A stretch of DNA of 64,000 nt from an uncultured Pelagibacteraceae bacterium (GCA_902560245.1 CACELK010000008.1:4459-68458); one strand, 5' to 3'; positions 35,245-45,720 are shown, numbered from the stretch's first letter. The notes: a model not told the origin generated them from the sequence alone. Program-made: numbers and translations.

Positions 35245-35739
35245 TTACTGATCAAACTTGTATGTTTCGTAGAAATAACTTGAAATTAGCGCTGCATCAG
35301 CTTTATTTGCATCTTTTTTTCTTGATAATTGAGTTGAAATATAGGGAAATATCTCAATAGCCTTAGTTCTGCTCGCATCTTTTTCAGCATTAATAAGATT
35401 AAAAAATTTCTTCCACTTTACTGGTCTAACAAAATACATGGAAAGTTGCATTGCAGAACAAATGCCTTTTAAAACACCAAATGATTGACCAAAGTTAAAC
35501 ATACTTGTAACACCTTGCCCAGGCATTGCTGAAACATGCTCTATTACTACTTTAATGTCGTTTTTTTCAACATTCTTTATTCTTAATAAAATCTCATTAT
35601 AAATTTGTGCCCCGTTTACTTGTTTTTTTTGTTTTTTTCCCTCTGCCATATTTGGCATATCGATTAAATCAATAATTTTTCCATCTTCAAAAAAACATAT
35701 TGATCCCGATATTCCTGGATCGATACCAATAATAAGCAT
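35245..35739 (-). CDS. RuvC-fold Holliday junction resolvase, MOC1/phage-like subtype
   Basis: IGIDPG, VVIEH, MPGQGVTSMFNFG, PVKWKK and DANKADA motifs; occupies the ruvC position after yebC. Confidence 0.8.
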   Translation of the reverse strand: MLIIGIDPGISGSICFFEDGKIIDLIDMPNMAEGKKQKKQVNGAQIYNEILLRIKNVEKNDIKVVIEHVSAMPGQGVTSMFNFGQSFGVLKGICSAMQLSMYFVRPVKWKKFFNLINAEKDASRTKAIEIFPYISTQLSRKKDANKADAALISSYFYETYKFDQ

Positions 35740-36464
35740 TAGATATTACCTTTTTTTAAATTTGTATAAACATTCTGAGTATCTTCATCTTCCAGAAGTT
35801 CTTCTAAAAATTCTTGTGCTGAATTTAACTTTTCCCCGCTTAATTCAACATGATTTAAAGGTATCCAACTAATTTCCGTAGAAATAAATTTTTTAATAGT
35901 TTTTTCTAAAATTTTTTTAATATTATAAATTTCATTTTTATCACAATGAATTTCGTGTAAATCGTCATTGAGAAAGCATTCAGTTGCACCTGAGTCAATT
36001 GCAAGTTCAAAGATTTTCTCATCTGATATTTCATTTTTATTTATTTTGATAATGCCTATTTGTTTAAAATTATGAGATGACGAACCTTGCGTACCAAGGC
36101 TTCCACCACTTTTTTGAAAAATAGTTCTAACCTTTGAGGCGGTTCTATTTCTATTATCAGTTAAACTTTCAACTATCACTGCTATTTTAAAAGGACCAAA
36201 ACCCTCATACCTTAAATTTTCAAAATTTTCATTAATTGAGTGTGATGATTTATCAACTGCTCTTTCAATATTTTCTTTTGGCATATTAGCTGATTTGGCT
36301 GCTTGTATCGCTGATCTAAGTCTTGCATTCATTTCTGGATCTTTATCACCCAATTTTGCAGCAACAGTTATTTCTTTTGAAAGCTTTGAAAAAAGGTTAG
36401 ATCTTTGCTTATCTGCTTTACCCTTTTTATGTTTAATACCTGCCCAGTGTGAGTGCCCTGCCAT
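35739..36464 (-). CDS. yebC: YebC/PmpR-family protein
   Basis: MAGHSHWA, YEGFGP and TDNRNRT motifs. Confidence 0.95.
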   Translation of the reverse strand: MAGHSHWAGIKHKKGKADKQRSNLFSKLSKEITVAAKLGDKDPEMNARLRSAIQAAKSANMPKENIERAVDKSSHSINENFENLRYEGFGPFKIAVIVESLTDNRNRTASKVRTIFQKSGGSLGTQGSSSHNFKQIGIIKINKNEISDEKIFELAIDSGATECFLNDDLHEIHCDKNEIYNIKKILEKTIKKFISTEISWIPLNHVELSGEKLNSAQEFLEELLEDEDTQNVYTNLKKGNI

Positions 36465-36465
36465 A

Positions 36466-37269
36466 TTAATTAGAGTTTTTTAAATCTCCTCCTTGAATAA
36501 AATTTTCAATCTTTTCCGCTAAACCACTTTTTTTATTAGCTTGAACTATAACCCCACATAAAGATGCTTCTCCACTCGCGGGAAAATGTTTTTTTGAGTC
36601 TTTTTTAAAAAATTTTTTTAATGCATTTGATTTGTCCATTCCAATAACAGAATTGTAATCTCCACACATTCCTGCATCAGTTTGATATCCTGTTCCTTTT
36701 GTTAAGATTCTTGCATCATTTGTTGGAACGTGAGTGTGAGTACCTACAACTAAAGTTGCTTTACCATCGAATAAATGACCAACTGCCATTTTCTCACTAG
36801 TTATTTCTCCATGAAAGTCTACAACTAAAAAATCGTAATTTTTTTTCAAAGAATTTTTATTAATAAAATTTTCTATTTCAATGAATACATCATCACATTT
36901 TTTCATAAATATATTTCCCATTAAATTTAAAATTCCTATTTTAAAACCATTATTTTCAAATATTTGAAAACCGTATCCAGGAGAAGGTTTAATCAGATTT
37001 TCGGGTCTTAAAAGTCTTTTATCATTAGCAATAAACGATAAAATTTCTTTCTGATCCCATACATGATTTCCGGTTGTTATGACATCAACTCCGCAATCGA
37101 ACATTTCTATGCAAATTTTTTCTGTAATTCCAACTCCCTCTTCTGCAGCATTTTCTCCGTTTACAATTACAAAATCTATTTGTTTTTTTAATTTAATCTC
37201 TTGTAAATTTTTCTTTAAAGCTTCACAACCTGAACTTCCAACAATGTCACCTAAAAAAAGAATTCTCAT
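36466..37269 (-). CDS. ymdB: YmdB/TIGR00282 metallophosphoesterase
   Basis: GDIVG, NGENAA, TGNHVWD, DFHGE and GTHTHV motifs. Confidence 0.93.
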   Translation of the reverse strand: MRILFLGDIVGSSGCEALKKNLQEIKLKKQIDFVIVNGENAAEEGVGITEKICIEMFDCGVDVITTGNHVWDQKEILSFIANDKRLLRPENLIKPSPGYGFQIFENNGFKIGILNLMGNIFMKKCDDVFIEIENFINKNSLKKNYDFLVVDFHGEITSEKMAVGHLFDGKATLVVGTHTHVPTNDARILTKGTGYQTDAGMCGDYNSVIGMDKSNALKKFFKKDSKKHFPASGEASLCGVIVQANKKSGLAEKIENFIQGGDLKNSN

Positions 37270-37808
37270 TTTAAAATGTATTTTTCAGTTACTATATAAT
37301 CCATTTTTTTGTCATATTTTGATACAGGCAAATATCTAATCCTTTGTTTTGAAAAAGCCAAACCAATTTTTACAATATTTTTTTTTTTGGTAAGTTTTTC
37401 AATTAATCGATCGTAATAACCTCCTCCATAACCTAATCGATTAAGATTTTTATCGAAAGCTACCATGGGAATTAAAATTATATCAGGATATAATAAATTT
37501 TTTTTTTTTGGTTCAGGTATACCAAATTTATTAACTATAAGCGGATCATTAAAAGAGAAGCTATAAAAATCCATGTCAAAATTTTTTTTTACAACTGGTA
37601 AACAAATTTTATATTTTTTTTTTTCAAATATATTTAAGATTTCTAAATCATCAATTTCATTACTTACAGGAAAATACCCACCAATAATTTTATTATTTTT
37701 TTGGTTTTTAATTAATTGAAAGATTTTTTTAAAATCAATTTTATTTTTTAATGTATCTACCTTGCTTCTAATATTAAGAATCTTTTTTCTTAAATTATTT
37801 TTTAACAC
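37266..37808 (-). CDS. fau: 5-formyltetrahydrofolate cyclo-ligase
   Basis: FGIPEP and RLGYGGGYYDR motifs. Confidence 0.95.
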   Translation of the reverse strand: MLKNNLRKKILNIRSKVDTLKNKIDFKKIFQLIKNQKNNKIIGGYFPVSNEIDDLEILNIFEKKKYKICLPVVKKNFDMDFYSFSFNDPLIVNKFGIPEPKKKNLLYPDIILIPMVAFDKNLNRLGYGGGYYDRLIEKLTKKKNIVKIGLAFSKQRIRYLPVSKYDKKMDYIVTEKYILK

Positions 37809-37817
37809 AATATTTAT

Positions 37818-38264
37818 TTATTGAATTAAGTTTTCTTTGACCGCACTTTCCAAGAAAGTCTCAATTTGATCAGCTGCATCATCAATTATTTTTTCATATT
37901 CATCTTTGTTTTTTTCAATCTCCTTTTTAAAATCATCTTGTTTAGCAACTAGTTGCTTTATTTCATTTTCTTTATTATCTTTGTAATTATAAACTAAAGA
38001 TTTTAATTCTTTAAATTTATTAGATAGATTGATTAATTCTTTTTTTTTAATTTCAATTTTCTTTTTTGTTTCAAAATACTCATCAATGATCTTAATTGAA
38101 GTTATCAATAAAAGTTTATTTTCACCAATATTTCCTAAATCATTTTTTAAATTTTCAAACTTTTGACTTAATTGTTCTGCAAGTTCTTCTAAATGAGCTT
38201 CTTGACCGTCTTCGCATGATAATAAGAACTCTTTTCCATTAAATTTTATATTTACATTTGCCAT
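37818..38264 (-). CDS. zapA: Cell division protein ZapA with extended coiled coil
   Basis: V.I.FNGKEF.LSCEDGQEAHL N-terminus; conserved position. Confidence 0.88.
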   Translation of the reverse strand: MANVNIKFNGKEFLLSCEDGQEAHLEELAEQLSQKFENLKNDLGNIGENKLLLITSIKIIDEYFETKKKIEIKKKELINLSNKFKELKSLVYNYKDNKENEIKQLVAKQDDFKKEIEKNKDEYEKIIDDAADQIETFLESAVKENLIQ

Positions 38265-38575
38265 TTATCTATTTCCTCTAATAGACTATCTGTTTCTTGA
38301 TTTAATTCATCAATTTTTTCTGAAAACTCCATTTCTTTTCTTTGTTCGCTCTTTTGTTTAAGGTTTAGATTTTCTAATTTCTGTTGAAGGCTTAAATATT
38401 GTTGATTTAATAATTTAAATTTGTTCTCTACTTCTTTTTTTTCAATTTCTAATTGATTTTTTTGATTATTTAATTTTTCTAGACTATTTTTATGGTTAGG
38501 GTTTTCAAATTTTAATTTTTTTAGTTTGCCAAGTGCTAAAACAAGTTTTTTTTCTTTCTCGTTAGTAGTTTTCAT
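38252..38575 (-). CDS. Coiled-coil protein upstream of zapA (ZauP/DUF4164-like; probable start 38575)
   Basis: Heptad-rich sequence at the position between tkt and zapA. Confidence 0.6.
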   Translation of the reverse strand: MKTTNEKEKKLVLALGKLKKLKFENPNHKNSLEKLNNQKNQLEIEKKEVENKFKLLNQQYLSLQQKLENLNLKQKSEQRKEMEFSEKIDELNQETDSLLEEIDKWQM

Positions 38576-38625
38576 ATATATACATAGTATTAAATAGAAT
38601 CTTCTTAGTCTAGATAGGATAATTT

Positions 38626-40572
38626 TTGAGCGCACAATATAGAGAATTGGCCAACAGTATTAGATTTTTATCTATGGATGCTGTACAAAAAGCTAATTCT
38701 GGTCATCCTGGAATGCCCATGGGGATGGCGGACGTAGTCACGATATTATTTAAAGATTTTTTAAGATTTGATCCAAAAAATCCTAGTTGGTTGAATAGAG
38801 ACAGATTTATATTGTCAGCTGGACATGGATCTATGTTGCTTTACTCGATTCTATATTTGACTGGGTATAAAAGTGTTAATTTAAAAGATATTAAAAATTT
38901 CAGACAATTAAATTCCATATGCGCTGGACATCCCGAGTATCAAGCCAATACAGGCATAGAAACAACAACTGGACCGCTAGGTCAAGGAATCGCTAATGCA
39001 GTTGGTTTTGCTTTAGCAGAGGAAATTTTAAAAACAAGATATGGCAGAAAAACAATAAATCACAAAACTTATGTCTTGGCTGGAGATGGATGTCTAATGG
39101 AAGGTATAAGCCATGAGGCGCTAAGTTTGGCTGGACATTTGAAATTAAAAAATCTTATTTTGCTATTTGATAATAATTCTATCTCCATTGATGGGCCTAC
39201 AAAACTTGCGGTATCAGATAATACCAAAAAGAGGTTTGAAAGTTATGGTTGGCAATATTTGGAAATTAATGGACATAACGAAAAAGAAATTTTCAAAGCA
39301 TTAAAAAAAGCACAAAAAGCAAAAAAACCTTTTGCAATTTCTTGTAAGACAACAATTGGTTATGGATCTCCAAATAAGGGGGGCAAAGCATCTGCGCATG
39401 GGAGCCCTTTGGGTGAAGAAGAAATTAATCTAGTAAGAAAAAAATTTAAATGGAAATATAAACCATTTGAAATACCAAAAAAAGTATTAAACGAATGGAG
39501 AAAAATTGGAGAAAAAGCTTCTAACTATGCAAAAAAATACGATAAAAAAAATAAAAAACAAATAGAAAAATTTAATTTTAATAAATCCAAACTTAAAAAA
39601 ATTATTGAAAAAGTAAAAAAAGAATATTTAAGGAATTCTAAATCGATTGCAACAAGAAAATCCTCTGAGATGTTTTTGGAATTGATTACATCTCTTCCAA
39701 ATCTAATAGGAGGATCAGCTGACCTGGCTGGTTCGAATAATACAAAAACTAAAATGCATGAAATAATTAAACCTGGAAATTTTAAAGGAAATTATATTCA
39801 TTACGGAGTACGGGAACATGCGATGTGTGGAATAATGAATGGGTTGTCCTTACATAGTAATTTAGTGCCTTATGGTGGAACATTTTTAATTTTTAGCGAT
39901 TATTGTAAGCCAGCAATTAGACTGGCCGCAATGATGAACCAAAGAGTTATTTATATTTTAACACATGATTCAATTGGACTTGGAGAAGATGGTCCAACTC
40001 ATCAACCTATTGAACAATTAACTAGTTTAAGGTCGATACCTAATTTAAATGTGTTTAGACCTGCTGACACAATTGAAACTTTTGAGTGTTGGCAATTAGC
40101 GCTTGAAAGTAATAAAACACCAAGTGTGATTGCATTGTCTAGACAAAAAATTGAACCTATTAGGAAGGAATACAGTAAATTCAATAGGTGCTCTAGAGGA
40201 GCATATGAGATAATGAGAACTGGGGACAACATTAAAGTAATATTGCTATCAAGTGGATCAGAGGTAGATTTAGCTTGCGATGTAAGCCATAAATTAGCCA
40301 CAGAAAATATTTATTCAAAAGTCATATCAATGCCATGTCAAGAACTGTTTGATAAACAAAGTGAGATTTACAAAAAAGAAATTTTTTCAAACACAGAGCT
40401 TTTAGTCTCTATTGAGGCATCTGAAACTGGCTTTTGGAAGAAATATACAGGTTCAAATGGAATGAATTTTGGTATTAATAATTTTGGAAAAAGTGCACCA
40501 TATAAAGATATTTATAATCACTTTAAGCTTAACTCAAGCAATATTGTTAAAAAAATAAAAGAAAGAATATGA
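38626..40572 (+). CDS. tkt: Transketolase
   Basis: SGHPGMPMG, GDGCLMEG, GVREHAM and THDSIGLGEDGPTHQP motifs; TTG start. Confidence 0.98.
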   Translation: MSAQYRELANSIRFLSMDAVQKANSGHPGMPMGMADVVTILFKDFLRFDPKNPSWLNRDRFILSAGHGSMLLYSILYLTGYKSVNLKDIKNFRQLNSICAGHPEYQANTGIETTTGPLGQGIANAVGFALAEEILKTRYGRKTINHKTYVLAGDGCLMEGISHEALSLAGHLKLKNLILLFDNNSISIDGPTKLAVSDNTKKRFESYGWQYLEINGHNEKEIFKALKKAQKAKKPFAISCKTTIGYGSPNKGGKASAHGSPLGEEEINLVRKKFKWKYKPFEIPKKVLNEWRKIGEKASNYAKKYDKKNKKQIEKFNFNKSKLKKIIEKVKKEYLRNSKSIATRKSSEMFLELITSLPNLIGGSADLAGSNNTKTKMHEIIKPGNFKGNYIHYGVREHAMCGIMNGLSLHSNLVPYGGTFLIFSDYCKPAIRLAAMMNQRVIYILTHDSIGLGEDGPTHQPIEQLTSLRSIPNLNVFRPADTIETFECWQLALESNKTPSVIALSRQKIEPIRKEYSKFNRCSRGAYEIMRTGDNIKVILLSSGSEVDLACDVSHKLATENIYSKVISMPCQELFDKQSEIYKKEIFSNTELLVSIEASETGFWKKYTGSNGMNFGINNFGKSAPYKDIYNHFKLNSSNIVKKIKERI

Positions 40573-41573
40573 AAATAAAAATAGGTATTAATGGACTTGG
40601 CAGAATCGGTAGAATGGTAATCAGATCAATTATTGAAGGTAAATTAAATAATTTTGTTATTAAACATATTAATAATAGAAGTAATTCTGAAATAAGCTCA
40701 AACTTACTAAAGCATGACTCGATACATGGAAAATTTAATTCCAAAATTAAATTTGATAAAAATAAAATTATAATTGGAAAACACAAAATTACATTTTCTC
40801 AAGAAACAAACATCGAAAATATAAATTGGAAAAAGTACGATGTTGATTATGTTTTTGAATGTACAGGAAAATTTAATTCTAAAGAAAAGCTTTTGCCACA
40901 CCTGAAAAACGGTGCTAAGAAAGTAATTGTTTCAGCTCCATGTAAAAATGCTGACAAAACTATAGTTTATGGCGTTAATCAAAATTCTATAAATAAAAAT
41001 GATAAGATTATTTCTGCCGCTTCTTGTACTACAAATTGTTTAGCACCTATAGTTTATATTCTTAATAATAATTATCAAATCGAAAAAGGCTTTATGACAA
41101 CCATTCATGCATTTACTACTGATCAAAGATTGTTAGATAACTCTCATAAAGATCCAAGAAGGGCAAGATCTGCATTGCAATCAATCGTACCAACATCAAC
41201 AGGCGCATCAAAAGCTATTGGAGAAATCATACCTTCGTTAAAAGGCAAATTAGAAGGTATAGCGATGAGAGTGCCAACTCCAAATGTTTCATTAATTGAG
41301 TTAGTTTTTTGTACAAAAAAAGACTTATCTGTTCAAAAAATAAATAAATGTTTTTTAGATGCTTCAAAAAAATCATTAAAGGGCGTATTAGACACTACTA
41401 AAGAAAAATTAGTATCAGTTGATTTCAATCACAACCCTTATTCAGCTGTAGTCGATGCAAACTTAACAAATACTATTGGAAAAAATATGGGAAAAATCTC
41501 AGCTTGGTATGATAATGAATGGGGCTTTTCAAATAGAATGTGTGATTTAGTAAAATATATTCATAAAATTTAA
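40569..41573 (+). CDS. gap: Glyceraldehyde-3-phosphate dehydrogenase (type I)
   Basis: GINGLGRIGR, ASCTTNCLAP and WYDNEWG motifs. Confidence 0.95.
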   Translation: MKIKIGINGLGRIGRMVIRSIIEGKLNNFVIKHINNRSNSEISSNLLKHDSIHGKFNSKIKFDKNKIIIGKHKITFSQETNIENINWKKYDVDYVFECTGKFNSKEKLLPHLKNGAKKVIVSAPCKNADKTIVYGVNQNSINKNDKIISAASCTTNCLAPIVYILNNNYQIEKGFMTTIHAFTTDQRLLDNSHKDPRRARSALQSIVPTSTGASKAIGEIIPSLKGKLEGIAMRVPTPNVSLIELVFCTKKDLSVQKINKCFLDASKKSLKGVLDTTKEKLVSVDFNHNPYSAVVDANLTNTIGKNMGKISAWYDNEWGFSNRMCDLVKYIHKI

Positions 41574-41578
41574 TTTTT

Positions 41579-42769
41579 ATGAAAAATACCTTAAGTAAAG
41601 ATATCGATTTAAAAGGAAAAAAAGTATTATTAAGAGTGGACTTAAATGTACCAATGAAAAATGGAGCAATAACTGAAACATCAAGAATTGAAAAAATAAT
41701 TCCAACAATAGAACTTTTATCAGAAAAACAAGCTAAAATTATAATTTTATCCCACATAGGTAGGCCAAAGGGAAGAGTGGTTAAAGAAATGTCATTAAAA
41801 CCGATATCAGAAAAACTTTCTATTTTATTAAAAAAAAACGTCATGTTTAATAATAGCGCTATAAACGAAAGAATTAATTCTGAACTTAATCAAATTTCAA
41901 ATGGTTCAATAGTAATGTTAGAAAATATCCGTTTCAATAAAGAAGAAGAGTCTAATGATATTAATTTTGCGAAAAAAATATCTGATTTAGGAGATGTGTA
42001 TGTAAATGATGCATTTTCTTGCTCACATAGATCGCATGCATCTATTGACGCAATTACAAAGTATATTCCTTCGTATTTTGGTTTACAAATTGCCCAAGAA
42101 ATTAGTGCCCTTGAAAGAATAACTAGTAAAATTGAAAAACCTGTCTCTCTAATAATTGGAGGTTCTAAAATTTCTACAAAGTTTAAAATTATTAATAATT
42201 TAATTAAAAAATTCGATAATATTGTAATCGTAGGAGGTATGGCAAATACAATTTTAAAACATATAGGAAAAAACGTTGGTAATTCAATTTGTGAAATTAA
42301 TAGCGGTTCTTTAGTTAAAGAAATTTTTGAAAATTCAAAAAAATATAATTGTAAAATCATCTTACCAAATGATGTAGTGGTATCAAAAAGCTTAAATGGC
42401 AGTGGGATAGAAAAAGATACTGATGCAGTATCAGATAATGAAATGATATTAGATATAGGGCCAAAAACAATATCTTCAATAGAAAAAATTATTAATAGTT
42501 CTAAAACAGTTTTATGGAATGGCCCTGCTGGATATTTTGAAAATACTAATTTTCAAAACGGAACAAAAAAGATTTTAGATGCTATTTCAAGAAGATCTAT
42601 AAATGAAAAAATATTTTCTGTCGCTGGAGGTGGAGAAACAGTTGCAGCAATTAATAAATTTAAAAAATCAAAATCATTTACTTTTATTTCAACTGCTGGT
42701 GGAGCATTTTTGGAATATCTTGAAGGAAAAACTTTACCTGGTATAAAAGCATTAAATAAAGATGTCTGA
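41579..42769 (+). CDS. pgk: Phosphoglycerate kinase
   Basis: RVDLNVP, LENIRF and STAGGAFLEYLEG motifs. Confidence 0.97.
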   Translation: MKNTLSKDIDLKGKKVLLRVDLNVPMKNGAITETSRIEKIIPTIELLSEKQAKIIILSHIGRPKGRVVKEMSLKPISEKLSILLKKNVMFNNSAINERINSELNQISNGSIVMLENIRFNKEEESNDINFAKKISDLGDVYVNDAFSCSHRSHASIDAITKYIPSYFGLQIAQEISALERITSKIEKPVSLIIGGSKISTKFKIINNLIKKFDNIVIVGGMANTILKHIGKNVGNSICEINSGSLVKEIFENSKKYNCKIILPNDVVVSKSLNGSGIEKDTDAVSDNEMILDIGPKTISSIEKIINSSKTVLWNGPAGYFENTNFQNGTKKILDAISRRSINEKIFSVAGGGETVAAINKFKKSKSFTFISTAGGAFLEYLEGKTLPGIKALNKDV

Positions 42770-43778
42770 ACTAAATAATATTGTATTAAAAGTAATCGGA
42801 AACGGAAAAGGAATCTTAGCTGCAGACGAAAGTACTGGCACTATGACAAAAAGACTCGAAAATGTAAATGTTGAGTCAAGTACACAAAACAGATTAATTT
42901 TTAGAGAAACCCTTTTTAGCTCAGAAAGTATGAAAAACTTTATTGGTGGGGTTATTCTTTATGATGAAACTATTAAACAATCTAGTTCTACAGGAAAAAA
43001 AATTCCTCAACTAATATCAGACTCGAATGCAGTTCCTGGCATAAAAGTTGATACGGGTGCAAAAGTTTTAGCTGGTTCACCTGAAGAAAAAATTACTGAA
43101 GGATTAGACGGATTAAGAGAAAGACTTAAAGAATATTATAAACTTGGAGCAAGATTTACAAAATGGAGAGCGGTTTATATAATTTCTAAAGATTATCCAA
43201 GTAAGCTGTCAATTATTTCAAACGCTCATGCATTAGCAAGATATGCAGCACTAGCTCAAGAAAGTGGAATGGTGCCTATAGTTGAGCCTGAGGTACTAAT
43301 GGATGGTAATCATACTGCAGATGATTGCTACAAAAAAACCTCTGAGGTGCTAAAAAGATGTTTTGAAGAATTAATTCTTAGTAAAGTCGATTTGAAAGGA
43401 ATAATATTAAAACCAAATATGATTTTGCCAGGTAGTAACTCTGAACAAGAAATTTCAAGCCAAGAAATAGCAAAATTAACAGTTAAATGCCTTAAAGAAT
43501 CTGTGCCCAGCGATGTTCCCGGAATAGCTTTTTTATCAGGTGGTCAGACAGAAAAAGAAGCTACGGAAAACTTAAATTCTATAAATAAAAATAACAATAC
43601 AAACTTTGTTATGACATACTCTTATGGTAGAGCCTTACAACAAAGTGCCTTGAAATTTTGGTCAAAAAATATTCAAGATACTAAAGGAACACAAGCAACT
43701 TTTAATCATAGAGCCAAAATGTGTTCTTTAGCGGCGCAAGGAAAATGGTCAAAAGATATTGAACAACAAAATAATTAA
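42762..43778 (+). CDS. Fructose-bisphosphate aldolase class I
   Basis: GKGILAADES, KWRAV, VPIVEPE, LKPNM and SYGRALQ motifs. Confidence 0.96.
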   Translation: MSELNNIVLKVIGNGKGILAADESTGTMTKRLENVNVESSTQNRLIFRETLFSSESMKNFIGGVILYDETIKQSSSTGKKIPQLISDSNAVPGIKVDTGAKVLAGSPEEKITEGLDGLRERLKEYYKLGARFTKWRAVYIISKDYPSKLSIISNAHALARYAALAQESGMVPIVEPEVLMDGNHTADDCYKKTSEVLKRCFEELILSKVDLKGIILKPNMILPGSNSEQEISSQEIAKLTVKCLKESVPSDVPGIAFLSGGQTEKEATENLNSINKNNNTNFVMTYSYGRALQQSALKFWSKNIQDTKGTQATFNHRAKMCSLAAQGKWSKDIEQQNN

Positions 43779-44382
43779 AAAAAAATTTGTATATTTAATC
43801 TCTCCAAATAAAATCAAGAGTACATACTTTTATAAAAATTTAGAAGAACTATTTATAACTAAAAAAATTGGTTTTTTTCAACTTAGATTGAAAAAAAATA
43901 CATTTAAAGAGAAATTTATAATAGGAAAAAAAATAAATAAAATTTGTAAGAAATATAAAGTAAAATTTATTGTTAATGATGATCCTATTCTTGCAAAAAA
44001 ACTAAACTCTGATGGATGTCATTTGGGACAAAATGATGTAGAAATTTCATATGCCAGAAAGGTATTAGGAAATAAAATAATTGGCATTACATGCCATAAT
44101 TCCATTTCTCTCGTTAAAAATGCTATAAAAAATAACGCTAGTTATATTGCAATTGGAGCTTTTAATGCTTCAAAAACTAAAAAGGTAAAGTTTAGGGCAA
44201 ATGTAAAAACTTTAAAATTTGTTAATAAAATTACAAATTTACCAATAGTTGCCATAGGTGGTATAAATAATATTAATTACAAAAAACTTTTGTTGAATAA
44301 AGCAAACTTTTTAGCTATTTCAGGCTACATTTGGAATAATAAAAAATACAAACCAACAGAGGCTTTAAAAAAATTAAAATGA
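43759..44382 (+). CDS. thiE: Thiamine-phosphate synthase
   Basis: QLRLK, VNDD, GCHLGQND and AIGGI motifs. Confidence 0.88.
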   Translation: MNNKIIKKKFVYLISPNKIKSTYFYKNLEELFITKKIGFFQLRLKKNTFKEKFIIGKKINKICKKYKVKFIVNDDPILAKKLNSDGCHLGQNDVEISYARKVLGNKIIGITCHNSISLVKNAIKNNASYIAIGAFNASKTKKVKFRANVKTLKFVNKITNLPIVAIGGINNINYKKLLLNKANFLAISGYIWNNKKYKPTEALKKLK

Positions 44383-44939
44383 AGATATCTGGAAACGAAA
44401 TTAGAGTAGGAATGTTAGTGGAACATAAGGATGATCTATGGTTAGTTTTAAAAACTCAACATGTTAAACCAGGTAAGGGTGGAGCCTTTGCTCAAGTTGA
44501 AATGAAAAGTGTAAATAAAAATACTAAACTTAATGAAAGATTTAGATCAAGTGATACGATTGAAAAAGCTTCATTAGATGAAATAAAATTCAACTTTTTA
44601 TATGATGACGAAACAGATTATTATTTTATGAACCCTAAGTCATTTGAACAAATAAATATTAAAAAAGAAAATATTGGAGAAAAAGGTAAAATGTTAAGTG
44701 AGAATTTAGAGGTAAATATAAGTTTTTACAATGAAAAGCCTTTAACGATTGATCTCCCAAAACAAATTAAATGTAAGATTGAAAAAACTGATGTAGCTTT
44801 AAAAGGACAAACTGTGTCCTCTTCATATAAACCAGCAACACTTACAAATGGAGTAAACATTCAAGTGCCTCCATTTATCGAAAGCGGAGATGAAGTAATA
44901 GTTGACTCAAGAACAATTGAATATGTCAAAAAAATTTAA
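44379..44939 (+). CDS. efp: Elongation factor P
   Basis: HVKPGKGGAF and VPPFI motifs. Confidence 0.97.
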   Translation: MKISGNEIRVGMLVEHKDDLWLVLKTQHVKPGKGGAFAQVEMKSVNKNTKLNERFRSSDTIEKASLDEIKFNFLYDDETDYYFMNPKSFEQINIKKENIGEKGKMLSENLEVNISFYNEKPLTIDLPKQIKCKIEKTDVALKGQTVSSSYKPATLTNGVNIQVPPFIESGDEVIVDSRTIEYVKKI

Positions 44940-44944
44940 ATTAA

Positions 44945-45685
44945 ATGAATAATATTTCCCCAATTTTAAATATTATGATTAAAGCAGTTGAAAAAGCCTC
45001 AAAAATTTTGATAAGAGACTTTGGTGAACTAGAAAATTTGCAAGTAACAAAAAAAGGTCCAAGAGATTTTGTTACCAATTCTGATAAGAAAGTTGAAAAA
45101 ATTCTTATTCAAGAACTTGGAAAATCTAGAAAAAACTTTTCTTTTTTAAGTGAAGAAAATGGAAAAATTGAAAATAAAGATAAAGATAATATTTGGATCA
45201 TAGATCCAATTGATGGAACTAATAATTTTCTTCATGGCATTCCTCATTTTGCAATCTCAATTGGTTTGAAGTCAAATAATGAAATCATATCTGGTGTAAT
45301 ATTCGACCCTATTAAAAATGAGTTATTTTTTGGTGAAAAAAATAATGGAGCATATATAAATAACCATAGAATAAGAGTTTCAAAAAAAAATAAATTAGAT
45401 GAGTGTCTTTTTTCTACAAATGGTAAAAGGAATGATTTAATAGACCTTGCTACTAGAAATCTTGGAAGTGCTGCTTTAGATCTAGCTTACGTAGGAGCAG
45501 GAAGGTTAGATGGATATTTTCAAAAAAACCTAAATATTTGGGATATAGCAGCTGGCATTGTTATTGTTAAAGAGGCAGGAGGGAATGTTAACGACTTAAA
45601 TTTATCTCAAGTAGAAAATTTGAAGATTATAGCATCTAGTAACACTATAAATGAAAAAATGCTCAAAAAATTGAACAACTTTTAA
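44945..45685 (+). CDS. suhB: Inositol monophosphatase family protein
   Basis: [16 protein letters not shown] and WDIAAG motifs. Confidence 0.92.
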   Translation: MNNISPILNIMIKAVEKASKILIRDFGELENLQVTKKGPRDFVTNSDKKVEKILIQELGKSRKNFSFLSEENGKIENKDKDNIWIIDPIDGTNNFLHGIPHFAISIGLKSNNEIISGVIFDPIKNELFFGEKNNGAYINNHRIRVSKKNKLDECLFSTNGKRNDLIDLATRNLGSAALDLAYVGAGRLDGYFQKNLNIWDIAAGIVIVKEAGGNVNDLNLSQVENLKIIASSNTINEKMLKKLNNF

Positions 45686-45720
45686 TTGTTTTCCTATATT
45701 CTTTTGCTATAAATTCCGAT

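Noticed and set aside
24162-44382. thiD and thiE present without thiC
   Set aside because: Consistent with known HMP salvage in SAR11, and absence cannot be judged from one window.
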